64,000 nt of DNA from Epithemia pelagica (lineage: Eukaryota; Protista; Bacillariophyta), in NCBI GenBank assembly GCA_946965045.2, contig OX337240.1:1178001-1242000 (forward strand), read 5' to 3'. A program made the position numbers and the translations under genes. The notes under the pieces are model-generated. The model saw nothing but the letters and a program-made list of their open reading frames with translations, did no database searches and had not been told where the DNA came from. Every line of letters begins with the position of its first letter. The stretch's first letter is position 1. Of the stretch, positions 9,727 to 21,569 are shown piece by piece.

Positions 9727-12346
9727 ATGCAAACACCAACTGAAGAGGAGACAAAATGGGAAGCAGTTGCTGCAGCGTGCGATGAAGGCAAGGGGGTACC
9801 TCTACGAGAGTTCAACCCTGACAAGCCTGAAGACATGAACCTCGCTTATGAGACCTTGGATGTCCAAGGTAGGTTCGAACAAAAAAGACTCCAAGCATAT
9901 ATTCGACATCTTCGAGAACAAGGTCCATTGCAAAATAAAAACGAGGTGAGTTTGAATTTGTGTATCTGTATTTGATTTCGAGATTCTGTAGTCATTTTGC
10001 CTTAATCTGGGCAGGCTGGTATTGAGCTAGACTGCCGCAGCAACAAGAATCAATTGCGCATGACAGCATAAATGAGTGAACAAACTGAAGCCCTCACATC
10101 ATCTTTTTTAATTTACCTGTATCTTTCCCCTACTCTCTATTCATTTCTCACTCGATAAACGTGCCTCATTTTATCACCGATCCGACAATGGCATTGTTTG
10201 TCATCAATTGAAAATATTTTCGTTGATTGCGATTGCCGAATTTTTCAAATGAACGATGCGACGATGGCGCTATCTGTCACAGCCAGTAATTCAGTTTGAC
10301 AGTTCAACGATGGATACCAATACCTCTACCCTTTACTACACGATTGACACACACACGATTTCTTTTGACAAGAATGGTCGCTACAGCTTTGGTCTCATCA
10401 CCAAGCGCGAGGGGAGATTCACACCGCGGCAAGTTGAAGAGGTTTATAGATCCAATAGAATTGCGCAGATCTTTCAAAAAGAAAATTGGAAAGAGACATT
10501 TGTTTCCCAGCTCTCCCACCTTCAAAAGAAATTTGTTCGGAATGGAATCAAAGCGAACGAGATGGAATTTGACATGATAGAAGACTTCAAGGGTGCGGGG
10601 GAAATGGCATACCAGCAATTCCTCTACTCTTCGTTTAGTATGCTTTTTGCATCAGCGGCATTTTCGCTTGTGGGCAACCCTTACCTTTCTCTTCAATATC
10701 ATGCTGATGAGAACGTGCTCTCATCGATCCCATGTATGTGGAGGGAAAATGAAGAAACCGAATACCAAAAAGGTCACATAATAATCCAGCCTGATTCTGC
10801 CGCAGTTCTAAAGGGATGTACGGACGTTTTTGGGATGATGGAAATGAAATTGTCTGCCAATAATTCACGCCTAAACCTTAGAGACTTCGACAAGTGCGTC
10901 CTAGCAACAGCTTCTACTGCCCTTGCGTTATTGCCCGAGCTGAACAAGAAGGTGATCAAATCTATTGCAATTCCCTTCATTGTTGCAGGGGGACAATGGT
11001 TGTCGCTTTATGTTACAAGGGTGACGGACAGTGGTGTCCCTTTTGTTTCCACGGTGGATCTATGCAGCGAAACCTACAAGAGTGGTTCTGTGAATTGCAA
11101 AGGATCACCATCGGAAGCGCGTTGGCGCTGCTTCGTAGCTTTGGCTGTTTTATTGGACGAATTTCTCGCAAGCATAAAAGACTGCAATCTAAAAATGTAT
11201 GAACAGATGAAAGCCAATTATGATGGGGATAACATTTTCTCGACTACAAGGAGCAGCAAAAGATCTGCAAAAAGGAACAGAGAGTCATTAGAAACCGATG
11301 CAAGCAATACAAAACAGGAAACAAGCGATGCAAAACAGGAGACAAGCAGTAACAAACAGGGTACGAACAGAGCAATGGAAAGGGAAGCTGGCAAGGCGGC
11401 AAGTTGCTGCGGGAGGTTTAAAAACGTAGTTTACCCATTCACAAGGTTCTTGAGTTTTGGCGATGACGACACCGTGGTTGAATATCAGAGTAAATCACCC
11501 TTTTACTTCAAAGGGGAATATGATCATGAGCAGATTATTGATGGTACGTCGCAGGGTGTTTTCCTGAAAGTCTGGAGAGTTGACGACCTCTCCTGTCCTG
11601 ATTCCGTCGAGAAAGAATGGATGTTGCAGTGGAGGGCGCACAGTTACAATGTTCCAGTTGCTTCGCCACTCTCCAAGGAACTGATCAAATCAAAACCTCA
11701 TCAAGCTAGGCATGAGTATCTTGTCGCTGCAATGGAGTTTGTTGATTTTGGTGAAATTCATACAATTGACGATGTCATTGCCTTTTCAGTAGCGCTTCTC
11801 TCTACCGTGGAAAAACTTCACTCCAAAGCGACCGTATTGCACTGTGATTTGAAGCCCAACAATGTGCGTTGGAGCAAAGGAGTTGTGAAGCTAATTGATT
11901 TCGGCCGTGCCCAATTACTTGCTGAAGCAAAGAATGTTCCAGGGACAAGGGGATATGAAGCACCAGAGGTCGAACGGGGAGAGGTACCATCCATTGCTTC
12001 TGATGCGTTTTCTGCGGGAAAGACGATTGCTTTCTTTTTCGAACAATTTCTCAATCGTGGGTATACTCTTGACTCCACATCGCTCGCGATCAAAACGACA
12101 GTGGATGCCTTGACAAGGGCTAATTCGATCGATCGCATGTCAGTTTCGGATGCACACCAAATCTTATTGAATCTGGTGGATGCAGATACCGATAGTATGA
12201 CTACCAGTATCGAGACAAAGAACGAGATGATTTGCGAAGATAAAGCTGTGTCTCGGATTTCCTCGGAAGCTTCGGCACCGCAATCGAGTTGCAGCCAAGG
12301 ACTTTCAGTTGCCCCAACTAAGAGAAGATTAGCCGAGATATCATAG
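9727..12346 (+). CDS. Crinkler/CR-like effector copy A: helical (SAM-like) header exon + PD-(D/E)xK nuclease + Ser/Thr kinase
   Basis: Exon 1 9727-9945 (73 codons, phase 0) with GTGAGT donor at 9946; in-phase CAG acceptor at 10280-10282; exon 2 10283-12346. Nuclease motifs GEMAYQQF, IQPD, MEMK. Kinase motifs VFLK, HCDLKPNN, IDFG, GTRGYEAPE, DAFSAG. The splice model is inferred. Confidence 0.8.
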
Positions 12347-13332
12347 ACAAGAGGAACGAGAGGAGGCTTCCTCTGCGTGCAAAGCCATTGGATTCAAATC
12401 CTTTCCCGAACATTGGTCGGAAGTACGGAACGATGCCGTTTTTCAACGAGGCCTGATGAAAGATATTCGGGTCAAAAAGATTATTTTGCATCGACAAGAC
12501 GAATTAGCTGTCTCTGTGTCCATGCTTCGTGCCGATCAAACGGGACGATACATGAAACATGCCTACCCCGACGACTTGACCTTGCACATTGATCCAGCTC
12601 AGTTTCAACAGTTTGTGGACAATTATCGAGATACCTTTGCTCGAAAATACAAATCGCCGACCGTTGGGCGAGATACCTTTTGCATCACCTACGAACAATT
12701 GTGCAGTGATACCACTGTATTGGAAGAACAAATCATGCCCCAATTGTTTCAGTTTCTTGGTGTCGATCCGACGGCTCCCGTGAAGCGACTCAAGGAAACG
12801 GTCAAACAAGCCAATCCTCAGGAAGATTTGGCGACTGTCATTGAAAACTATGACCAGTTGGAGTTTTGTTTTCGATATTCCAATCTGGTGCATTTTGTCC
12901 AACGAAAACAAAACCAACAAGCGACCGCTTCCATGATCGACGGCCAGGACGATGCGACTCCCAGCGACCAGGACCAAGCACTGGATTCCTTTGCCAGTGT
13001 CGATCCACCCCCTTTGGCAAGTTGGAGAGTTGGAGTATTCTCTTGCCCATTTGTTCTCGAGCCATGTCCAAACAGACCAAACCTCGGCACATGGTCAACC
13101 AGGGTCCACATGATCCAAACACGAAGGAACAACACAATTTCAGTGCCAACCGATTTTTGGATCTGACTCTTTCTTCTCAGCATGATGAAAAAAGCAAAGC
13201 AACCGTCAATCACGACAGCTGTTGGGCCATGTTACAAGAATTCGCCGAAACACTCGAAGTGACAGCGTGCGAGGATCAATTATCGCTGACCGAGATTATT
13301 ATCGGTATTGACATTGATGATGTCGTTTGCCA
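10079..13332 (+). repeat. 3254-bp segmental duplication, copy A (partner 26333-29586)
   Basis: Near-identical sequence at a constant offset of 16254 bp; about 12 substitutions in the 2091-bp kinase ORF. Confidence 0.97.
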
Positions 13333-14138
13333 GAATGACGAGGCCAAGGATCGTTTGACGGCTTTAATGCCATGCCGGGTGGTGGTTTCATTGTACCAGA
13401 ACAGTATGGTAAGCTATGTCGTATATGGAATCATTTAGGCAAAATGGCAGAACACGATTTTCTCGTATTGTTGGGAGATGATGTTCGTCTTTTGGACAAG
13501 GATTGGGAGGGCCGTATTGTTCAGTGCTTTTGCCGAATTGCCAAGAAAAATCCACATCTTCCCTTTGGTGCCGCCTGTGTCGCCATGAACGATTTGTCTT
13601 TCCCCGGCTTTTCAATGCTGCAGAATTTGAAAAAACGTGTCGTCTGGAAAACACCATTGGTGGTGACGGCGATGCTCGTTACCAAAAGTATCACATCAAT
13701 TGGCGAGGGCATATACTCAACATGGGATTACGTCGTCTCAAATCTCATCTGGTCGAACCCACGTCACGACACCAACACCACCAACTGCAACAATATCCAC
13801 AAGGCATTGTCATGGATGTGGTCATTCCATCCTATCGGACCAATAACAATGACATACTGGAACGTATCGTGAACCTTCGTGCAAGTGTGGACAATGTCTA
13901 TGTCAAATTCTGGATTGTTGTGGACAATCCCTTGACGTGGCACGTTGACGACGTCAAGGATCTTGCCCGACGCTGCAACGAAAAGCAATTGCAATCGTCC
14001 AACAACTACTTTATCAATGTGATTCATTATGCGGAAAACCGGGGTGCCAGTTACGCTCGAAATACGGGTTACAACGCTATCCAAAAAGTAAGAGTTCCAC
14101 TTAGGTCAATTGAGGAGTTGATGGCCGTATTCCATTGA
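12333..14138 (+). pseudogene. Stf0/NodH-like sulfotransferase + two GT-A/GT2 glycosyltransferase domains; 5'-truncated, frameshifted, 3'-truncated
   Basis: The frame is open from 12333 (KAIGFKSFPEHW...KKIILHRQDELAVSVSMLRADQTG...ITYEQL). GT motifs SILLPICSR, IIIGIDIDD, FLVLLGDD, DVVIPSYR and GASYARNTG are spread over four ORF segments in changing frames. The 5' PAPS-binding loop is missing. Confidence 0.8.
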
Positions 14139-14477
14139 CACCACATAGGATATGGAGGGTCTCAAGTCATGCCAATGAATCCCATGGGAACCGCGCGTAC
14201 GTGGTGCGACTGGAAAAAGGATCTATACTCCTCAGTGGATACAGATTTTTCCGTTGGATGATTTCTTTACATAAGCAGTCGCTCAGCTAGGTTTTGTTTG
14301 TGTGGTTGCGACACGTCAGATTCGAGTCGGGAACAGCACCGAACGAACCAAGTGGGCGGAGGCGGAGGGAACAACGCTGAATTCAACTTCGAAGGAGCGG
14401 GAACTCCCATTACCAAGGTGGACGACTTTGCTGGGATGGATAACGTGTGCTCATAAAAAACATCACGAGATATACAA

Positions 14478-15107
14478 ATGCTCTCAATCCACAGCATTCT
14501 ACAACAAGACAGTCTTTTGGTGGTGCTTGTGATCCTGGGAATTTGTGTTGCGCCACACACGTGCCGTGCCATTCGCAGTAACAACAGTACAACAACCACA
14601 AAAAGTACCAATCATCCAGAAACAAGTACCACCATGCCAAAGGTTTGGGTCAGTGTCACCGGGTTGGAACTCAAGAGTTGGCTTCGATATCCGCAGTTCA
14701 TGATGTATGCGGTGCCATCCTTTCATCAAGCGCAATCGTCGCCGGGAAATATTTGGACCTCTGCCAAGGATGTGGGGACCATTCATCATACGTTGACCGT
14801 CTGGGAAAACCGTCAAGCCATGTTGGAATACTTGCGACAAGGAGAACACCTCAAGGCCATGAAAATTTCTCGAACTGTGGGAAAATATGGAAAAGTATAT
14901 GGGTATGAAAGTGACTCGATCCCGACATGGGACGAGGCCTTGAAACTTTGGCAAGAAAAGGGTCGTGTGGTGCAGGGCGAACCCAAGGAGGGTGACCTCG
15001 TGGGACGAGACCATGGCTTTTCCGAGGAATCAGAAGCTGCCATACAAGAAGGACACGCCCATCACCACGAATCGTCGGTTCGGAAACCGCCAACCGTGAC
15101 GGCCTAA
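14478..15107 (+). CDS. DUF3291-like / ABM-fold monooxygenase-like protein with hydrophobic N-terminus
   Basis: VSVTGLELKSW...FMMYAVPSFHQAQSSPGN...HHTLTVWENRQAMLEY...HLKAMK...PTWDEAL pattern. Confidence 0.6.
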   Translation: MLSIHSILQQDSLLVVLVILGICVAPHTCRAIRSNNSTTTTKSTNHPETSTTMPKVWVSVTGLELKSWLRYPQFMMYAVPSFHQAQSSPGNIWTSAKDVGTIHHTLTVWENRQAMLEYLRQGEHLKAMKISRTVGKYGKVYGYESDSIPTWDEALKLWQEKGRVVQGEPKEGDLVGRDHGFSEESEAAIQEGHAHHHESSVRKPPTVTA

Positions 15108-15653
15108 AACTAGCGCCTCTAGCTCAAACATAGTTAAACTCATTCTAGAGTTGGATCGGATAGAAAAAGTCGTCCATCGAGAGACTTGTGTAATACTTTA
15201 TATGATTTTACTGATGGGATGGATGCTGGATCTGGATCGATGCTGGACTTGGCAAGTTTTTCGGTGATCCTCCGAAAGAGCTCTTCCGCGACCAACCGTG
15301 CGCGCAAGCGCACCTCCAGCCTTCTTGCGAAAAATCCGAACCCCGAAGAAGAAGAATTGCGAAAGTGACAACAACATTTCTGGTGTAGCAGGAAACATTG
15401 TACACAATTGGTCATAGTTATTATTTTATATAGATTTATCAGTAGTATAGTCAGCGTTAATTATTAAAACCTGCATGCGATTATGGAGAAACCGGTGGTG
15501 CGAAAGCGCGTTGGGAAAATTTGTAACCTTCTTCTCTTTGGCATGGGACAATACTTTTTTTTTTTGCGGCGGTAGCGAGTAACGAGACGACGACGACGAC
15601 GGCATTCCTCCTCCTTCCATTCGCAGCAGAAGAAACTTGCATGTTGCCGCTGT

Positions 15654-18600
15654 ATGGAAGCTTTACACGAAAGCAGCAGCGGCGTCCTGTCCGCCGGTGG
15701 AGACACGGAGGAGTATGAGTCGCAACACGCATCCATTGAAAAACTCGAGGCCTTGTCCACCTCCTTGACGGTTGCTTCACCACCACCACATACAAATAAT
15801 AATAGCGTTGAGAAATCTCCGTCCCTCCATCAAGATCATCATCACAATGGCATGAACCGGATTCGGTTGGAGTTTAATGCCGGAGGAGGTCCACCCTTTT
15901 GTGGTCGTCGGTCCGAATTGGAAGACTTGGTCCATGTCTTTGGCAAAGTCCAACGGACCAAACGAGCTGCATCTGTCTTGGTCAAGGGGGGAGCAGGTTG
16001 TGGTAAATCTCGTCTCATTCAAGCCTTTCGAGATCGCATCATGATTCCACTCAAAACAAGTGGCGAAACCACCACCACCACCAAGCCAACTTCCATTATC
16101 AAAAACAGCAATGGTCATCATCCTCATTGGTCCAACAATACCCACACCCACAATGACACTACTACTACTTCTCCTCCCAAACCAAATTTGTCGTTTGAAG
16201 AAGAAAAGAAATCAGTGGGATGGACCAATAGTAACGAACGAGAACCTGAAACAACCAATCAACAACAACAACAACACAAATTGCCTCCGATTTTTTGTAC
16301 CGCCAAATTTGACGAAGGACAGGCTGCATCTTCGGAGGCCTTGGGACCCTTGTTGCAATGTTTTGCGGCCATTACGGAAACCTTGTTGGCGACGGAAGAA
16401 TCGCGAGAGTATTGGAAGCCCATATTGTCGCAAGCCCTTGAAAATGATTTGATGGTTCTGGTTCCCCTATTGCCCTCCCTCAAGGAACTGGAACAAGTAT
16501 CACCCCCACCCATTCCTCGACCCATGCGATTTGCCAATGTACCGGCCACGGCAACCAACATGGCCTCGGTCGACTCCAATCCACCCCAAACTCATGCGAC
16601 GTTGGCCAGGGCACAAACGACCGGAGGCCGTCCTCGATCCGATCGTCGAATCACACCACCCCTGGTGGCACAATCCCAACCGGCCAGTGCCAGCAATCCC
16701 TTGGCGTTGGGGATTACGACCAATGATCATTCTCGTCTCACCAAATCGCATCCACCTTCGGTCCTCTCTCGAATTGTATCGTCGGGAAGAGGACAGTATG
16801 CCGGAGAAGCATCACCATCGCCCACGCTTGGGGGGCGTTTTAAACGATCCCATACCATCGGTGACACTCCCACCAACCACAACCGGGCTCGAACGCAGTC
16901 CGAATCCGAACACAACGATTCCGTGTCACCACCACTACCACCACCACAGGAAGGAGGTATTAGTAGTAGTGGCAGCAACAGTAAAAATCCATTTGTGGTG
17001 GCCTTTGCCATGAGCAAATGGCGGCGGCAAAATCAACAAAAGAAAGTTCGCAAACCAAAAGATTCCATCAATTCCGTAGCGGTGCAAGTCGATGACACCT
17101 CCACAGTCCATCAACTGCACAAGGTTGAATCACCAACATTGCCCGAGTTGACTCGACCTGATTCCTTGATTGATTCGAGCGAGCGATCCGATACCTATTT
17201 TGATTCGCAAACGGCCGAACCAGCAACAACATCCCGATCCTTATTCTTTTTGCCCAAGGGAGAGGAGGACCTTGCCATGACAAGTGGAGCAACGACCGTT
17301 GGACCGCTTGGCTTGCCATCGCCCTATCATTCTTCCTCCCCCCAAGGCACCAACCTAGTGCAAGACATGTCCATGCGTGCGGCCCTCATCCGAACCAAAT
17401 CGGCAGCTCCCGGATTTGGAGCCTTCTCCCAACGAAACCTTCGGCATCGGCCCAATCATCATCATCACCCTATACTCAAGCATGGCAATACCAATAAGCA
17501 CATTATCCAGACGAATTCGCTCGATGAGGATTCCGTGGCCGATGATTTGATGCGGAGTCGTCATCGATCCATGGGTACTGCCACCTCCAACAACAACAAT
17601 ACTACTACTACTGGAAAACTGGATCACGAAGATTACAGTGTAGAGCGCATTCAATTTGCCCTTCGAGCGTATTTGCGCTGTGTGTGCAAATGGAGAACGG
17701 TAGTGTTCTTTTTAGATGATTTGCAATGGGCCGGACGAGAAGCTGTGGCCGTCTTTCGAACCTTTTTAATGGACGTGGGCTCCTTTCCTCGTCGATTTTT
17801 GTTTCTGGGTGCCCATCGCCCCTTTCCACGAGGACACGAAATGCTCAAACTCATTTATGACTTGGAAGAGGCGGCCTTGAAACAAGTCAAGGCGGGTATC
17901 GTACAAACAACAATCAGTAAACCGGAACATGTCGAGGTCGACTCCTTGCGCCACGACGATGTCGTGGAACTTGTTTCCAAGCTTTTGAAACGAGAGAAAC
18001 ACGATGTTGGACCATTTGCCAATTTGGTTCTCCACAAGACGGCGGGAAACTGTTTCTTTGTCATTGAATTTGTCCGAATGCTGGAAAATAAAGGAATGAT
18101 TCGCTATTCGATTCCCAATACACGGTGGGAATGGGCCGACTTGACCGACATTAGCGCTCGCATGGAGATTTCCGACAACGTGGTCGATGTAGTAGCATCT
18201 ACCATTTGCGAAGCTCCATTGGATATCAAAGTTGCCTTGTTAACGGCAGCTGCCTTTGGATCAGGAATATTCTCGGCTCAGACACTCTTTCGAGCCATTC
18301 CAAGCGAACGAGTACTGAAAGAAACCTTGGTTCGACGAGCTTCAAACGAGGTGCAATTGAATTTTGTCCAGGCAACGACATCCATGGAATCCCTCATTTG
18401 CTCGCTCGAAGAGGCGACCGAAAGTAGATACCTGGAGTCACTCGGGTCCCTACAGTACAAATTTGCACACGATCGGATCCGGGAAGCCACGGTATCGCTG
18501 TTACCCAAAGGGGTCGACATGGTCAAAATGAGACTCCAAATTGGACGGCAGTTGCGTGCTTGGTTACTGGAACAGCTCGTGGACGATATTTGTGATGAAA

Positions 18601-20826
18601 AGTTGCTGTTACAGGTTGTCATCCAGTTGAACCAAGCGTCACACCTCATGCACAGTCGGGAAGAAAAAGTGGAGTTGAGCAAGCTAAATTTTACTGCTGC
18701 AAAGAATGCCATACAGCGGTCTTCCTTCTTTCCTGCCTCGGATTTCCTTCGAGCAGGGATTGATCTCTTGGGAGAAAACCCATGGGTTGAACATTATGAT
18801 GATATGATCAAATTGTCCGATACGTTAATGCGAATGGACTATTGTTGTGGGAGACTGGTTGTGAGTGTGGAGCTCGCGAATGAAATTCTGCAACATGCAT
18901 CAAGCTTTGATGACAAGAAAATGGCGTATCATATCAAGGTTCTCTGGCTCACCCAAAATGAAAGAATAGACGAAGCACTTGATTTCATTTTGTCCGTCTT
19001 GAACGAACTGGGGGCTCCCGTGCCAAGGCGATTTTTGCGAGTGCACAGAATTCTGGATTGGATTCGCATGGCTCGAATGATGCGAGGCTTGTCGGACGAG
19101 AAACTCTTGTCGCTCCCCAATGCGACTGCGGACCATATTGATGACATTGGAAGTTTCATGGAACGCCTTGAAGAAGTATCCTTGAACGGGATCAACCCAC
19201 AGCCTGACCTTTTGAACGTTGCTCTGTTGCGCGTCATGCAACTCACGGTCAAGCACGGCAGATTTAGTATGACGCCCACTTGCCTCGTTTCTTGGGGGTG
19301 GTATCATGCCCGAGCTGGGAGGTTGGACGCAGCGCACCGATTCGGAGAACTTGGAGTCCGGTTAGCCAAGGAACAAACCGGAGGCTACCACGACGCGAGG
19401 TGAGTAGTAAATCGTTCTTTCGTTCCATTGAATGTGGAATCTCACCAGTGCCGTTTTGAACACGCAGAGCAATACTAATGTACTACATGCACATTTACCG
19501 TAAGTAAAACTGATGCGTTGATCCCTGCATGTTCTGAACATCATACTAATTTCGTCTCGTATGTTCAGATTGGAGAAATCCGTATCACGATGGAATCAAG
19601 CCTACAACAGAAGCACTTCAAAAGTTATGGGACCTGGGAGCCATTGAATATGTCTTTCTGGACAGTAAGTGGAGAGTATCCGTGATGTCTTTTGGTCCGT
19701 TTATCCATTCATTTGTGCTACTTCCTCTTTCTTTGTTCAGCCATTACCTATCTGAGAATATACTTTTGCTGTGGACTCCGGCTTGAGCCGTTGGCTATGG
19801 ACATTCGAAAGTACGTTGACCTGTTGAAAGACTACGGGCACCGTCTAGCGTTTGAAAATCATGTAGCCTTCTTTCAATGCGTCGAGGCTTTAATTGGTGG
19901 ACATGACAAAGGTTCGGAAAATGGTTTGTTGGGCGAGGTCATGGAGCAGGAGGACTACATGACGGAGTGGGAAGAACGCAAGTATGATGCTGCACTTCAG
20001 CAGGCCTTCTTTCAACGCATGATGCAGGCATATTTCTTTGGTGACATTGACATGGCTCGTCAAATGTCGAAGAATATGTGGTCCCCATTTGAGGAAGGTC
20101 CTGACGTCCTTTTGCCATTTCGTGTATTCTTCCTGGGGATGACGGCCTTGTCGTCCTACATTCTCACAAAGAAACGTTCTCATCGACGGAAAGGAAAGAA
20201 AATGATCAAAATTATGGAACGCTGGGACAGCCACGGAGTGGTGAACGTTCATCACATGCTTTTCCTTCTCAAGGCCGAGTACAATGCTGGCACCAGCATG
20301 GACTTTACGAAAGTCCGGCGGTCTTTTGACGAAGCGATATCCATAGCCGCAAGATGTGGCTTCCTTCATTTCCAAGGTGAGAACCATCATCGGGATTACG
20401 TGTGTCTGGCATTTCTCGATTTACAATGTCTTACCAAGAGTATGAATGTCTCATTTTTGTCGTTTCGTCGTTTGCAGCACTGGGCAATGAGCGCGCAGGT
20501 GTTTACTGTAGGAAACAAGATGAAAATGAGTAAGTACCTTCTTCAATGCTTGTTTCGGGGTTCGATTGCCTCTTGCTCACCAACCAATCGTATCCTTTTT
20601 TGTTGTGTCCAGTTGGGGTCAATTGTATATTCTTCAGGCAAGAGAACTTTACACGGATTGGGGCGCCATGGCCAAGGTCCGAAAGATGCAAGACGCGTAC
20701 GGTTACTACTTGGAAGGATCGGACATGCCACGAGATCGAGGATCTACAATCTACTCAAAAGCTCGACTGGGTGATTTATCGAGAGAAATCTTTAAGGATT
20801 TACGAACCGAAGATGAAGATCTTTAG
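15654..20826 (+). CDS. STAND-class AAA+ ATPase (COG3899 / AAA_16-like) with C-terminal helical repeats; multi-exon at the 3' end
   Basis: Walker A VKGGAGCGKS, Walker B VVFFLDDLQWA, TAGNCFFV, FAHDRIRE. Donors GTGAGT (19400) and GTAAGT (19500, 19665, 20530) link further exons ending ARELYTDWGAMAKV...EDEDL* at 20826. Confidence 0.85.
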
Positions 20827-21569
20827 CACAACTCGATCACGTGTCCAGTCGATTTCTCGGAATGAGCCTCCCAAATCTAATCACGGACGTCTCAGAATGG
20901 TGCGATTGAGGCTGCGTTGCTTGTGCAGGCTTTCACTCATTTAATTCGCGGTTGATCTCTATCAACCAGATATATGGAGTGAAACGAGGAGGCAATTCCA
21001 TCTTTGGCTTTTACGATGCAGCAATTGGACTATTGGACTCTAGTCCCAATTCTGTCTGAAATTCTCAAAATGAATTTATGAATGAATGACTCATTCTCGT
21101 TTTTTGAGGAGACCGCAGTCGAGAACAGTTTTCCAAAGTGGAAGAATACGAATACCAGTATGGACGGTCTTTGCTTCCATCCCGTTCTACACGCGGTACC
21201 GTCTCGATACACTCCAACGGCCGTAAATGCTCTAGCAAGGCACATGGTCGTTTTAGGTCCTATGGTCCAAAGTGCGGTGCGCTACATCGAGGTTCTACAT
21301 ATAGCACAAGCCACAACCACCAAGGCGATTTTAAAAAGATAGAGATGGTCACACGAACCTATTAAATTGCAGTTGCTGCTCTTGACCCGTCCAATGCTCG
21401 TCGCAGCCAAAGTTTGAGGCTTTCTGGATTTGTCTACCTCGAAAATGGATAAATTCGAAGGACAGCGCGACATGCTTCATCCAGTATTCATTGCTCACTC
21501 AATAATATCGTGTATTGGACCAGCCTGTTTGTCGCTGTGAGTTGTTTCACAAAAGGCTGAAACGGTGTG

